Below are positions 43,823 through 53,685 of a stretch of 64,000 nt of DNA, piece by piece (the first letter of the stretch is position 1; each line of letters starts with the position of its first letter). The notes under the pieces were generated by a model that made no database searches, had not been told where the DNA came from, and was given only the letters and a program-made list of their open reading frames with translations. The translations under genes were made by a program, and so were the position numbers. This stretch comes from Rhodospirillales bacterium (GTDB lineage Bacteria > Pseudomonadota > Alphaproteobacteria > Rhodospirillales > Casp-alpha2): positions 4,007 to 68,006 of the forward strand of contig JAYOFL010000003.1 in NCBI GenBank assembly GCA_038117205.1, given 5' to 3'.

Positions 43823-45952
43823 CTACTTGTCGGAGAAGTACGAAACGCCGTCCCAATCGTCCGGCGGCGGATGCGCGATGTATCTGTTGCATCGCTCCGC
43901 CAGCATGAGCGCGGCGTGATCGGCGGGATTTTCCATCAGCACCTCCTCGACGAGGCCGAGCGCATCCTCGAATTCGCGGGCGAGACAGGCCTTCAGGGCG
44001 ACTTCGTAGGCATTGATCGCCTCGATCGTCGCCGGCGGCACGGCAAACGGCGAGCCGGCGTCGCGCATGCCGACGAGCTCGTGGATCGCCACGCTCTTGG
44101 TGGTGCCGGCGGCCTCGACCACGTCGATCTGGCGGAACACGAACCCGGGCGACGCCTGTTTCCGGATTGCGTCGCTGACCAGGAGCTGCGTGCCGTAGTA
44201 CTTGTTCAACCCTTCGATCCGGGATGCCAGGTTGACGTTCGGTCCGAGCGCCGTAAACTGCATGCGCTCGGCGGAACCGACGTTGCCGACCAGGGCATCG
44301 CCGACATGCAGACCGAAACGGGTCCGGAGCGGATGCTCCCCCTGGGCCTCGAACGCGCGGTTGAGGTCCTCCGACGCCCGTAAGGCGGCGAGCGCGGCGC
44401 GGCACGCGTTGTCCACGTAGTTCGGATCCGGGCTCGGCGCGTTCCAGAGCGCCATGATCGCGTCGCCGATAAACTTGTCGACGACGCCGTTGTGGGACTG
44501 GATCGTCGATGTCATGACGTCGAAGTACCGTGACGTCTGGCTGAGCACGGCTTCCGGCGTCATGTCCTCGGTCAGCGTCGTGAAGCTCTCGACATCGGTG
44601 AACAGGACCGCGACGTCCTGGCGCGTCCCACCGATTTCCGCGCCGATGCCGCTTTCGACGAGGCGCCTGACGAGGTCCTTCGGCACGTACTTGAGGAAGG
44701 TCGAGAGCGCGGCGCGCATGCCTTCCATTGCCGTTTCCAGGCTCTTGATCTCGGTGAAGGGCGAGCGGACGGAAACCCGCTCGGAAAGCTCAAGCTCGCG
44801 AATGCGGTCGGCCTGATCCCGAACCGCGCGAACCGGCGCTGCGATCCAATTCGACAGGACGAGAACGACGACAATCGGCACCAGCATGATGAGCCCCGTG
44901 TAGATCATCGAGTTCTTCATGCTCTTCCGGATCGGTCCGCTGAAGTCGCTCAACGCGGCGACGACGACGACTTTCCAGCTTTGCGCGCCCAACCCCTGCA
45001 TCGACGTGACGACGGCCAGGTATTCCTCCGGACCGATCCGAAATCGCACCGACGGCCTTCCCCTCTCCGCCGCCAGCCGCATGGCGGTCTTGACCCGGGT
45101 GTCTTCAAGATCGTCGACCTTGTTAACGACGAGCGCCCCATCGACGGGCCGGAACAATGCGCGCGAATCCGGATAGGCGATAAGCTGGCCGTCGCTTTGC
45201 ACGATCGCGATCAGGCCGTGTTCCCCGGGCGCGTTCAATCTCGTGAATTCGGTCAGATGATTGAGCGGGATATCCACGCCGGCGACGGCGCCTTCGACGT
45301 TTCGCATCGGCGCGGATATGGTGATCCCCGGCTTGCGCAGGCTGGAGAAGATGTAGACGTCCGAATACGACGCGCTCAACCATTCTTGCGCCGCTTTGTA
45401 CCAGGACCGGGAGCGCGGATCGTAGGTGGACCGAGTTGTACCGGCGTTTTCCTCAGCCTCGATTTCGGCACCCTTCACGTCGAAATACTGCCACGTTTGC
45501 GGCCTGGCGCCCTCTTGCAGCAAATCCTCCGCCACGCGCGTCGCCTCCACGGCGTCGTCAGGCACCGCGTCCGAGGCCCGCCGGTCCCCTTGGCTGTCGA
45601 CATAACTCAACGCCTGGACAAACCCGCCGTCACGAAAGCCGATGAAGGCGCTGTAGATGTCCTTGTCGCGATCCAGCGCCGCCCGCAGAAAGGTGAAAAG
45701 TTCTCCCGGCCAGCGCCAGTCCACCAGCATCGCCGGAAGCAACGCGATCATTTACGCGATTTTTTGGGCTGAGCCGAGGTCCTTGGCGATGCGCTCGACG
45801 GTCGTGTCGGCCGTGCGTTTGATCAAGTCCTCGGCCGTCACACGCATGGCTTCATTGCTGCCGGTCACGTTCAGGACGGAGAGCGTCGTCACCGCCGTGA
45901 TCGTCAGCAGCAGGAATGCCGCGAGTATCGTTACCCGAATGGAGACCCGCAT
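43823..45952 (-). pseudogene. Cache-HAMP-adenylate/guanylate cyclase split by an in-frame TAA (45752-45754) into 66-aa and 642-aa ORFs
   Basis: The 66-aa ORF supplies the N-terminal TM helix (VTILAAFLLLTITAVTTLSVL) and the start of the periplasmic sensor. The next codon after TAA is the ATG of the 642-aa ORF, in the same frame. The downstream part has a second TM helix, HAMP, and a cyclase core (VAVLFTDVESFTTL...GDAIMALWNAP...RFGLHVGDALVGNVGS). Confidence 0.75.
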
Positions 45953-46084
45953 TCGACCGCCTCAGCCCTTTCGGCCCATGCGTCGAATTCTACCTTAAGC
46001 GAGCGTCATCAATTACTAATTTCGCGCAAATTCAAATATTTTGTGCCTAATTTCAACTTTTTGGCGGCGCCGTTAGATTGCCGG

Positions 46085-46993
46085 TCACGGCCGCCCAACG
46101 AGCCGCGACGCAGCCACGGCCATCTTCGGATTGCTGTGCGCGACACCGTCGACGAATTCCATCCGCCAGCCGAACGGCACACCGAGCGCCGCCGCCCGCG
46201 CCTTGCCGGCGGCGAAGAAGTTCCGGCCGCGCTCGAACCGATGCGCGCCCTGCGCCATCGCTTCCGGCGTTTTCGGGAGCGCCCGGTGATTGGGATCGTT
46301 GTCGGCGGTGCCGAGCAGCACCACCATGCCCCTGGCGAGGCCCGCCGCCACGTACGCCGGCGTCAGGCGGCGGTCCTTCAGTCCCGCCGGATAGGGCAGA
46401 TCGGGATCGGGAAACGTGTACCATCCGGCATTGGCGGCGACGGCGATCCGGATCCGCGCATCCGGCAGAAACCAGTTCATCCGGTGCACGAATTGCGATC
46501 CGGCGGAATGGCCGTAGATGTCGTAACGTTCGGCCGCGAAGCCGTTGGCGGCGGTGACGAAATCGAAAACGGTCTCGACGGCGGCGAAGCTCCATTCTTC
46601 CGGCAGCACCTCGGCGCCGCCCTGGCTCAGGACGTTGCCCTGGTTGAAGTGGATACTTTTCGGAAAGTTTCCCCGGTTGAACTCGGGCGCGACGACGATG
46701 AAGCGGCCGGCCTCCGCATGCTCGATCCAACTGTCGCGATAGCCATCGGCGTTTCGGCCGAGGCCGTGAACGACGAAGACGATCGGCGCGTCGGCGCCGA
46801 GGCCGGCCGGACGATAATAGTAGACTTTGATGTCCCAATGCCGCTGCTCACCGCCGAACCGCGCCTCGAAGACGCCGGCGCCGTCCGCCAACCTGGCGTC
46901 GGCCGCGGCCGCATTTCGAAACGGAAGAACACTCGCGGCGGCGAGACCGCCGAGACAAACGCAGGACCGAAGAACGCCCCGCCGGGAAAGCAT
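46085..46993 (-). CDS. secreted alpha/beta-fold hydrolase (esterase / depolymerase-like)
   Basis: 302 aa with an N-terminal signal (RRGVLRSCVCLGGLAAA) and a nucleophile elbow, GHSAG. Confidence 0.65.
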   Translation of the reverse strand: MLSRRGVLRSCVCLGGLAAASVLPFRNAAAADARLADGAGVFEARFGGEQRHWDIKVYYYRPAGLGADAPIVFVVHGLGRNADGYRDSWIEHAEAGRFIVVAPEFNRGNFPKSIHFNQGNVLSQGGAEVLPEEWSFAAVETVFDFVTAANGFAAERYDIYGHSAGSQFVHRMNWFLPDARIRIAVAANAGWYTFPDPDLPYPAGLKDRRLTPAYVAAGLARGMVVLLGTADNDPNHRALPKTPEAMAQGAHRFERGRNFFAAGKARAAALGVPFGWRMEFVDGVAHSNPKMAVAASRLVGRP

Positions 46994-47025
46994 GACCTGT
47001 CACCCCGCCGCCGACATCGGGCGGC

Positions 47026-47820
47026 TCAGCCGATCTTGATCAACAACCCACCGTCCACCGGCAGCAACACGCCGGTGATGTAGTTCGCCTCGTCGGAAGC
47101 CAGAAACAGCGCCGCGTTGGCGACGTCCCAGGCGGTGCCCATGCGGCTTTCCAGCGGCACCTGCTTGCTGCGCGCTTCACGCACGACGTCGCGGTCGACG
47201 CCCTGCTCGCGGGCGCGCCGCTCGATCGCCATCGGCGTGTCCATGAGACCCGGCAGGATGGCGTTGGCGCGGATGCCGTAAGCGGCGTTTTCCCACGCCA
47301 GATGCTGCGTGAAGGTGTTGATCGCGCCCTTCGACGTCTTGTAGGTCACGGTCTGGCGCGCCGCCACGGACGACGTGGACGAGATATTGATGATGGCGCC
47401 CTTCTTGCGCTCGCGCATTACCGGCACCGTGTGCTTGCACATCAGGAACATGGACTTGAGGTTGAGCGTCATCAGCTCGTCCCACACGGCGGCGTCCATG
47501 TCGACGGTCGGCCGGTCGCCCTGGGAACGGCCGACGTTGTTGTGCAGCACGTCGATGCGGCCGAATTTCTCGACGCACTTGGCGACGAGTTCCTTGCAGG
47601 AGTCCTCGCTGGTCACGTCGGCAAGCATCGGATGTGCCTTGCCGCCTTCCCTGGCGATGGCGTCGACGGTATCGGCGGCGCGTTCCTTTTCGCGGTCGAC
47701 GACGACGACGGTGGCCCCCTCCTGCGCGAAGCGGAGCGCGGTCGCCTTGCCGTTGCCGAGCGTCTCGCCCGGCTGCTGTCCGCCGCCGACGATGACGGCG
47801 ATCTTGTGCTCTAAGCGCAT
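47026..47820 (-). CDS. SDR-family oxidoreductase
   Basis: 264 aa with a Rossmann N-terminus, NNVG, and the catalytic YKTSKGA motif. Confidence 0.85.
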   Translation of the reverse strand: MRLEHKIAVIVGGGQQPGETLGNGKATALRFAQEGATVVVVDREKERAADTVDAIAREGGKAHPMLADVTSEDSCKELVAKCVEKFGRIDVLHNNVGRSQGDRPTVDMDAAVWDELMTLNLKSMFLMCKHTVPVMRERKKGAIINISSTSSVAARQTVTYKTSKGAINTFTQHLAWENAAYGIRANAILPGLMDTPMAIERRAREQGVDRDVVREARSKQVPLESRMGTAWDVANAALFLASDEANYITGVLLPVDGGLLIKIG

Positions 47821-47825
47821 CGGCG

Positions 47826-48674
47826 TCAGCCCGCCTTGGCCATTTCGATGTAGAGCTTGCGGAGTGCGGACGCCACCGGGCCCGGTACGCCGTTGCCGAG
47901 GATGTGGCCGTCGATCTTGACGATCGGCATGACGAAGGCGGACGCGCTGGTCGAGAACGCCTCGCGGGCCTCATAGGCCTCCTCGATGGTGAAGGGCCGC
48001 TCCTCGATCTCGATGTTCTCGCGCTTGGCGAGTTCCATCACCGCCTTGCGGGTAATGCCGTGCAGGATTTCCGTGCCGAGATGGCGGGTGATGATCTTGC
48101 CGTCGTGCGTCACGATGAAGGCGTTGTTGGACGTCCCCTCGGTCACGAAGCCGTCCTCGACGAACCAGGCGTCGCCGACGCCGGCATCCAGCGCCGCCTG
48201 TTTGGCGAGCGAGGCCGGCAACAGGCCGACGGTCTTGATGTCGCGGCGCTGCCAGCGGATTTCCGGCGTCGACTGAACGGCGATGCCCTTATCCGCGACC
48301 GGGTTCTGCGCCAGGTTCTTCTTTTGCGTGAACATGATCAGGGACGGCTTGGCGTCCTTCGGGAACGCGAAGTCGCGGTCGGCGGCGCCGCGCGTCACCT
48401 GCATGTAGACCAGTCCCTCGGTGATGTCGTTCCGCTTCACCAGTTCCTTCTCGATCGCCTCGATCTCGGCGTTCGCGCACGGCGGTGTCATCTTCAATTC
48501 CTTGAGGGACCGCGCCAGGCGCTTCAGGTGCGCGTCGTTGTCGACGAGCTTGCCGCCGATCACGGCGGACACCTCGTAAACGCCGTCGGCGAACAGAAAT
48601 CCGCGGTCGAAGATGGAAATCTTCGCTTCTTCCTCGGGGACGTACTCCCCGTTGACGTAGACGATCCGGCTCAT
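47826..48674 (-). CDS. dat: D-amino-acid (class IV) aminotransferase
   Basis: 282 aa with the ISIFDRGFLFADGVYEV N-terminal block typical of Dat/IlvE fold type IV. Confidence 0.8.
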   Translation of the reverse strand: MSRIVYVNGEYVPEEEAKISIFDRGFLFADGVYEVSAVIGGKLVDNDAHLKRLARSLKELKMTPPCANAEIEAIEKELVKRNDITEGLVYMQVTRGAADRDFAFPKDAKPSLIMFTQKKNLAQNPVADKGIAVQSTPEIRWQRRDIKTVGLLPASLAKQAALDAGVGDAWFVEDGFVTEGTSNNAFIVTHDGKIITRHLGTEILHGITRKAVMELAKRENIEIEERPFTIEEAYEAREAFSTSASAFVMPIVKIDGHILGNGVPGPVASALRKLYIEMAKAG

Positions 48675-48740
48675 GCTTTCCTCCGAGGCTGGGCCCGCGT
48701 ATTTGAGCCCCCGACACCGGGGCGATCAAACGCTATTTTA

Positions 48741-49223
48741 TCAAAAAACGCCCGATTCCAGCCCCGCCGCCACCAGCATGCCGAGTTCGCGGCACTCGTC
48801 GGCGAATTCGTCCCGCCAGTCGCCCTTGCAGATCAGCGGCTCGCGGACGGCCCGCCAGCGGAGCCCGTTGCCGGCGATGCTCTCGACGGCGCGCCGCGTG
48901 CCGGTGCCGTCGAGACCGGCGCGGATGTAGAGCGCATAGGGCAGGCCCTGCTTCTTCTCGATGACGGCGTAGTACGTGCGGTCGAAGAAGTCCTTCAAGG
49001 CGCCGGACATGTAGCCGAGATTTTCCGTGGTGCCGAGGATCACCGCGTCGGCGGCCAGCACGTCGTCGGGACCGGCATCCAAGGGCGCCAGCACCCGGAC
49101 GTCGATGCCGTAGATTTCCGGCGCGCGCGCCCCCTCGGCGACGGCGTCACGGAGGCGTAGCGTGTTCGGCGACGGCGCGTGTGCGACGATCAGAAGCCGC
49201 TTCGTCGCCCGTTCCGCCGCCAT
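48741..49223 (-). CDS. flavodoxin-like fold / NAD(P)H-dependent FMN reductase-like protein
   Basis: 160 aa with the pattern LLIVAHAPSPNT...AVILGTTENLGYMSGALKDFFD. Confidence 0.6.
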   Translation of the reverse strand: MAAERATKRLLIVAHAPSPNTLRLRDAVAEGARAPEIYGIDVRVLAPLDAGPDDVLAADAVILGTTENLGYMSGALKDFFDRTYYAVIEKKQGLPYALYIRAGLDGTGTRRAVESIAGNGLRWRAVREPLICKGDWRDEFADECRELGMLVAAGLESGVF

Positions 49224-49241
49224 GCCGGGACCGGCCCGATA

Positions 49242-49838
49242 TCAGCGGCTGACGAGATAGGCGATGGCGCCGAGAATTGCCGCGCCGGCCACCCACCAGA
49301 TCACGTTGGAGCCGCCGGCCTTCATGGCGCCGGGCGCGGGTTGAGCACTAGGCTCTTCCGCCGTGTCGGAGGCTTGCGGTTCCGCCGGGGCGTCCTGTCC
49401 GCCTTGCACGGCGCGCTCGAAGTTCTCGAAGAATTCCTTGGCGAGCTTCTGCGACGTTCCCTCGATCAGACGGCCGCCGAGTTGCGCCAACTTGCCGCCG
49501 ACGTCGGCATCGACCTCGTACTTGAGGATCGTCGCCTGCCCGTCCTCGACCAGCGTCACCGTTGCGCCGCCCTTGGCGAACCCGGCCGCGCCGCCTTTTC
49601 CTTCGCCGGAGATGCGATAGCTTTCCGGCGGATTGAGGTCGCTCAGCGTCACCGCGCCCTTGAACTTCGCCTTCACGGGGCCGACCTTTGCCTGCACGAC
49701 GGCGCTCAACTCGGTCTCGGAATCCTTCGTCAATTCCTCGCAACCGGGGATCGACGCCTTCAACACCTCGACATCGTTGAGCGCGGCCCACACCCGGTCG
49801 CGGGGGGCGTCGATGCGGATTTCGTCGGCGAGTTTCAT
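49242..49838 (-). CDS. coxG: CoxG-like SRPBCC protein with C-terminal membrane anchor
   Basis: The N-terminal 150 aa are CoxG-like (VWAALNDVEVLKASIPGCEEL). A Pro/Ala-rich linker follows, then a TM helix (VIWWVAGAAILGAIAYLV). Confidence 0.75.
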   Translation of the reverse strand: MKLADEIRIDAPRDRVWAALNDVEVLKASIPGCEELTKDSETELSAVVQAKVGPVKAKFKGAVTLSDLNPPESYRISGEGKGGAAGFAKGGATVTLVEDGQATILKYEVDADVGGKLAQLGGRLIEGTSQKLAKEFFENFERAVQGGQDAPAEPQASDTAEEPSAQPAPGAMKAGGSNVIWWVAGAAILGAIAYLVSR

Positions 49839-50040
49839 GGTGCTTTTTCCTGCTTTCCAATTCCCGGTGAGGCGTTATGGTTCTTGGCAAGATACGAGTT
49901 TGTAACCATATCCGATGTAGTGCATGACGACGGCAAACTCCAGCCCCGGCAAGGGGGCCGTATGTCGTTTTCGTGCGCGCGCATGGGGAAATTCCTGCCG
50001 GCGCCTCGCGCCAACAGACGAAATTCGAGGGGAGACAATC

Positions 50041-50508
50041 ATGCCTGCCATCAAGGTTCGCGTGAACGGCCGTGAAACGGCCGCCGATGTCGACGAACGA
50101 ACGCTGCTCGCCACGTTCATCCGCGAGCAACTCGAAATGACCGGAACGCACGTCGGCTGCGACACCAGCCAATGCGGTTCCTGCGTCGTCGAGGTCGACG
50201 GCAAGACGGTGAAGAGCTGCACCATGTTCGCCTGGCAGGCGGACGGCGCCGACATCACCACCATCGAGGGACTGGCCGACGGCGACACGCTGCATCCGAT
50301 GCAGCAGGCGTTCCGCGACCATCACGGTCTGCAGTGCGGTTTCTGCACACCCGGCATGGTGATGACGGCGGTCGCCATCGCCAAGCAGAACCCCGACCCG
50401 AGCGTCGAGGAAATCCGCGCCGCGCTGGAAGGCAACATCTGCCGCTGCACCGGCTACCAGTTCATCGTCGAGGCCGTCCAGGCCGGCGCCAAAGCGATGC
50501 GGGGGTAA
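50041..50508 (+). CDS. coxS: (2Fe-2S)-binding small subunit of a xanthine-dehydrogenase-family molybdoenzyme
   Basis: The real start is [10 protein letters not shown]. The Cys clusters CDTSQCGSC and CGFCTPG...CRCTGY are present. Confidence 0.9.
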   Translation: MPAIKVRVNGRETAADVDERTLLATFIREQLEMTGTHVGCDTSQCGSCVVEVDGKTVKSCTMFAWQADGADITTIEGLADGDTLHPMQQAFRDHHGLQCGFCTPGMVMTAVAIAKQNPDPSVEEIRAALEGNICRCTGYQFIVEAVQAGAKAMRG

Positions 50509-50512
50509 CGCC

Positions 50513-51310
50513 ATGTACGCATTCGAAGTTCAGAAACCCGCCGATCTCGACACCGCGAAGCGCGACTTCGAGAGCGCCGACGACGGCCAGTACCTGGCCG
50601 GCGGCCAGACCCTGATCCCGGTGCTCAAGCAGCGCCTCGCCATGCCCTCCACCCTGATCCCGCTCGACGGCATCGCCGACATCGCCGGAATTTCCGTCGA
50701 GGGCGACAGCATCACGGTCGGCGCCATGACCCGGCACGCCGCCGTCGCCGCCGACAAGGACATCGCCAAGGCGATCCCGGCTCTCTCCAAGCTGGCCGGC
50801 GGCATCGGCGATCCGCACGTGCGCAACCGCGGCACCATCGGCGGCTCGCTCGCCAACAACGACCCGGCGGCGGACTATCCGGCCGCCGTGCTGGGGCTCG
50901 GCGCCACGGTCGTCACCGACCGGCGCGAGATCGAGGCCGACAATTTCTTCAAGGGCATGTTCGAAACGGCGTTGCAGCCGGGCGAAATCATCACCGCCGT
51001 CCGCTTTCCAATCCCGGAATGCGCCGGTTACGTCAAGCTCCCGAACCCGGCGACCCGCTATGCGCTGGTCGGCGTCATGGTCAGCCGCTCGGGTTCCAAG
51101 GTCCGCGTCGCCGTCACCGGCGCCGCGCCCTCGGTCTTCCGCGCCACCGACATGGAAGCGGCGCTGACGATGAATTTCAGCCCGGACGCCATCTCCGGCA
51201 CCGAAGTGCCGGCGGACGGCCTCAATAGCGATATGCATGCGAGCCGCGACTACCGCGCGCACCTGGTGGGCGTTCTCGCCCGCCGTGCGGTCGCCGAAGC
51301 GCTGGCCTGA
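50513..51310 (+). CDS. coxM: FAD-binding medium subunit
   Basis: 265 aa. YLAGGQTLIPVLK and RGTIGGSLANNDP are typical CoxM/XdhB FAD-binding motifs. Confidence 0.85.
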   Translation: MYAFEVQKPADLDTAKRDFESADDGQYLAGGQTLIPVLKQRLAMPSTLIPLDGIADIAGISVEGDSITVGAMTRHAAVAADKDIAKAIPALSKLAGGIGDPHVRNRGTIGGSLANNDPAADYPAAVLGLGATVVTDRREIEADNFFKGMFETALQPGEIITAVRFPIPECAGYVKLPNPATRYALVGVMVSRSGSKVRVAVTGAAPSVFRATDMEAALTMNFSPDAISGTEVPADGLNSDMHASRDYRAHLVGVLARRAVAEALA

Positions 51311-51329
51311 GCACGGGGAGACAAGACCC

Positions 51330-53675
51330 ATGGATACGACACCGCACAAGAACCGCATCGGCGAAGCCGTTCGCCGCGTCGAGGACATCCGCTTCCTGAC
51401 CGGCAAGGGCCGCTACGTCGACGACGTGAAGCTGCCGAACATGGTCTATGCCGCGATGGTGCGCTCGCCGCACGCGCATGCCGACGTCAAGTCGATCGAC
51501 GCCTCGGCGGCGTTGGAGATCGACGGCGTTCTCGCCGTTTTCACCGGCGCCGACTGGAAAGCGGCCGGCTACGGGCCGATCCCGACCAAGTCGGCTGTGA
51601 AGACGTTCAAGGACGGCTCGCCCCTGAAGGAGCCGCCGCACCACGCGATGGCCATCGACCGGGTCCGCCATGCCGGTGAAGTCGTCGCCGTCGTCGTTGC
51701 CGAGACCCGCGAGATCGCCAGGGAAGCGACCGAGGCCGTCGAAGTCGATTACGCACCGCTGCCGGCCGTCATCGGCATCAAGGCGGCGCTGGCGCCCGAC
51801 GCGCCGCAGATCTGGGACATCGCGCCCGGCAACCTCTGTCTCGACTTCGAGCTCGGCAACGAGGAAGCACAGAAGAAGGCGTTCGCGGCGGCCGACCACG
51901 TCGTCACGCTGGAGATGGTCAACAACCGCGTCACCGCCGTGCCGATCGAGCCGCGCGGCGCGGTCGCCAGTTACGACAAGGCGTCCGACAGCTACACGCT
52001 GTGGAACGCCTCGCAGAACATCCACGCCAACCGCGACACCATCGCGGAGGCCTGCCTGAAGATCGAAAAATCCAAGCTGCATCACATCGCGCCGGACGTC
52101 GGCGGCGGTTTCGGCGCCAAGAACGGCGTCTATCCGGAGCCGATCCTCGTCTGCCACGCCTCCAAGCTGGTGGGCCGGCCGGTGAAGTGGATCAACGACC
52201 GGGGCGAGAGCTTCCTGTCCGACACGCACGGCCGCGATCAGATTTCGACGGTGTCGCTGGCGCTCGACAAGGACGGCACGTTCCGCGCGCTACGTACCGA
52301 GACGCTGGGCGAGCTCGGCGCCTACTGCGCCACCGTCGGCCCGTTCACGCCGACCGGCGGCTCGGCCCGTACCCAGGGCGGCCCCTACAAGTTCGACGCC
52401 ATCTTCTACACGGCGAAGGCGGTGTTCACGAACACGGCGCTCTTGGATCCCTACCGCGGCGCCGGCCGTCCGGAAGCGTCCTACCAGATGGACCGGATCA
52501 TCGACTACGCCGCCGCCAACCTCGGCATGGACCCGCAGGAACTGCGCCGCAAGAACCTAGTGCCGCGCGACATGCTGCCGATGAAGACGCCGATGGGGCT
52601 CGACGTCGACAGCGGCGATTTCCCCGAGGTCTACAAGCGGCTGATCGCCATGACCGACCGCGGCGGCTACGAGAAGCGCGTCAAGGAAAGCGCCGCCAAG
52701 GGCCTGAAGCGCGGCTTCGGCGTCAGCGCCTATCTGGAATGCACCGGCGGCGGCCCCAAGGAACACGCCGTCGTCGAATTCAAGGACAACGGCAAGGTCA
52801 CGCTCGCCGTCGGCAGTCACTCGACGGGCATGGGTCACGAGACCTCGTTCGCGCAGGTGCTGGCCGGCCATCTCGGCATCGGCATGGAGGACGTCGAGTT
52901 CCGTCAGGCCGACACCGACGCGACGCCGATCGGCGGCGGTCACGGCGGCTCGCGCGGCATGGAGGTCGGCGGCAGCGCCGTCCTGCAGACGGCCCGCGCC
53001 GTCGTCGCCAAGGGCAAGGAAATCGCGGCGCACCTGTTCGAGACCAGCGCCGACAAGATCGAGTTCGAGGACGGATCGTTCTTCGAGCCCGGCACCAACC
53101 ACACCATCACGATCCGCGACGTGATCGACGCGTCGAACGACCCGGACAAGCTACCGGACGGTCTGCAGCCGGGCTGCCTGAACATCGGCACCACGTTCGA
53201 GCGCGGCATCATCTCGATCCCGAACGGCGCGCACGCCGGCGAGGTCGAGGTCGATCCGGAAACCGGCGTCGTCAAGCTGGTCTCGTATTGGGTGGTCGAC
53301 GACTTCGGCACCATCGTCAACCCGCTGCTGGCGGACGGTCAGGTCATGGGCGGCGTCGCCCAGGGCGTCGGCCAGGCGCTGATGGAAGAGATCGTCTACG
53401 ACGAGAACGGTCAATTGCTGACAGGCTCGCTGATGGACTACGCCATGCCGCGCGCCGACGACATCCCGACCATGCACCTCGCCTTCTACGAGGGCGCGCC
53501 GACGGCGAAGAACCTCTTGGGCGTCAAGGGCGCGGGCGAAGCCGGCTGCGTCGGCGCACCGCCGGTCGTCGTCAACGCGGTTTGCGACGCGCTCAAGGAA
53601 TATGGCGTGAAGCACATCGACATGCCGTTGACGCCGGAGAAGGTCTGGCGGGCCATTCGCGCGGCAGGCGCCTGA
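51330..53675 (+). CDS. molybdopterin-binding large subunit, CoxL form II-like
   Basis: The real start is MDTTPHKNRIGEAVRRVEDIRFLTGKGRYVDD. The active-site loop reads PYRGAGRPE, not the CO-dehydrogenase-specific AYxCSFR. Confidence 0.85.
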   Translation: MDTTPHKNRIGEAVRRVEDIRFLTGKGRYVDDVKLPNMVYAAMVRSPHAHADVKSIDASAALEIDGVLAVFTGADWKAAGYGPIPTKSAVKTFKDGSPLKEPPHHAMAIDRVRHAGEVVAVVVAETREIAREATEAVEVDYAPLPAVIGIKAALAPDAPQIWDIAPGNLCLDFELGNEEAQKKAFAAADHVVTLEMVNNRVTAVPIEPRGAVASYDKASDSYTLWNASQNIHANRDTIAEACLKIEKSKLHHIAPDVGGGFGAKNGVYPEPILVCHASKLVGRPVKWINDRGESFLSDTHGRDQISTVSLALDKDGTFRALRTETLGELGAYCATVGPFTPTGGSARTQGGPYKFDAIFYTAKAVFTNTALLDPYRGAGRPEASYQMDRIIDYAAANLGMDPQELRRKNLVPRDMLPMKTPMGLDVDSGDFPEVYKRLIAMTDRGGYEKRVKESAAKGLKRGFGVSAYLECTGGGPKEHAVVEFKDNGKVTLAVGSHSTGMGHETSFAQVLAGHLGIGMEDVEFRQADTDATPIGGGHGGSRGMEVGGSAVLQTARAVVAKGKEIAAHLFETSADKIEFEDGSFFEPGTNHTITIRDVIDASNDPDKLPDGLQPGCLNIGTTFERGIISIPNGAHAGEVEVDPETGVVKLVSYWVVDDFGTIVNPLLADGQVMGGVAQGVGQALMEEIVYDENGQLLTGSLMDYAMPRADDIPTMHLAFYEGAPTAKNLLGVKGAGEAGCVGAPPVVVNAVCDALKEYGVKHIDMPLTPEKVWRAIRAAGA

Positions 53676-53685
53676 GGCGGCATCC

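Noticed and set aside
45953-46084. A possible sigma70-like promoter (TTGATG ... TAGAAT on the minus strand) or small RNA in the AT-rich spacer upstream of the cyclase gene
   Set aside because: The spacer between the hexamers is about 14 nt, which is non-optimal. No terminator or conserved structure is evident, so the evidence is insufficient for a feature call.
49876-49910. Inverted repeat TATGGTT-N21-AACCATA in the coxG/coxS divergent spacer
   Set aside because: The arms are only 7 bp with a long spacer, and no second copy occurs elsewhere in the window. It cannot be distinguished from chance.
51330-53675. Annotating the large subunit as aerobic carbon monoxide dehydrogenase CoxL
   Set aside because: The active-site loop is YRGAGR rather than the Cys-containing AYxCSFR loop required for the CuMo centre. 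I kept only the generic xanthine-dehydrogenase-family call.
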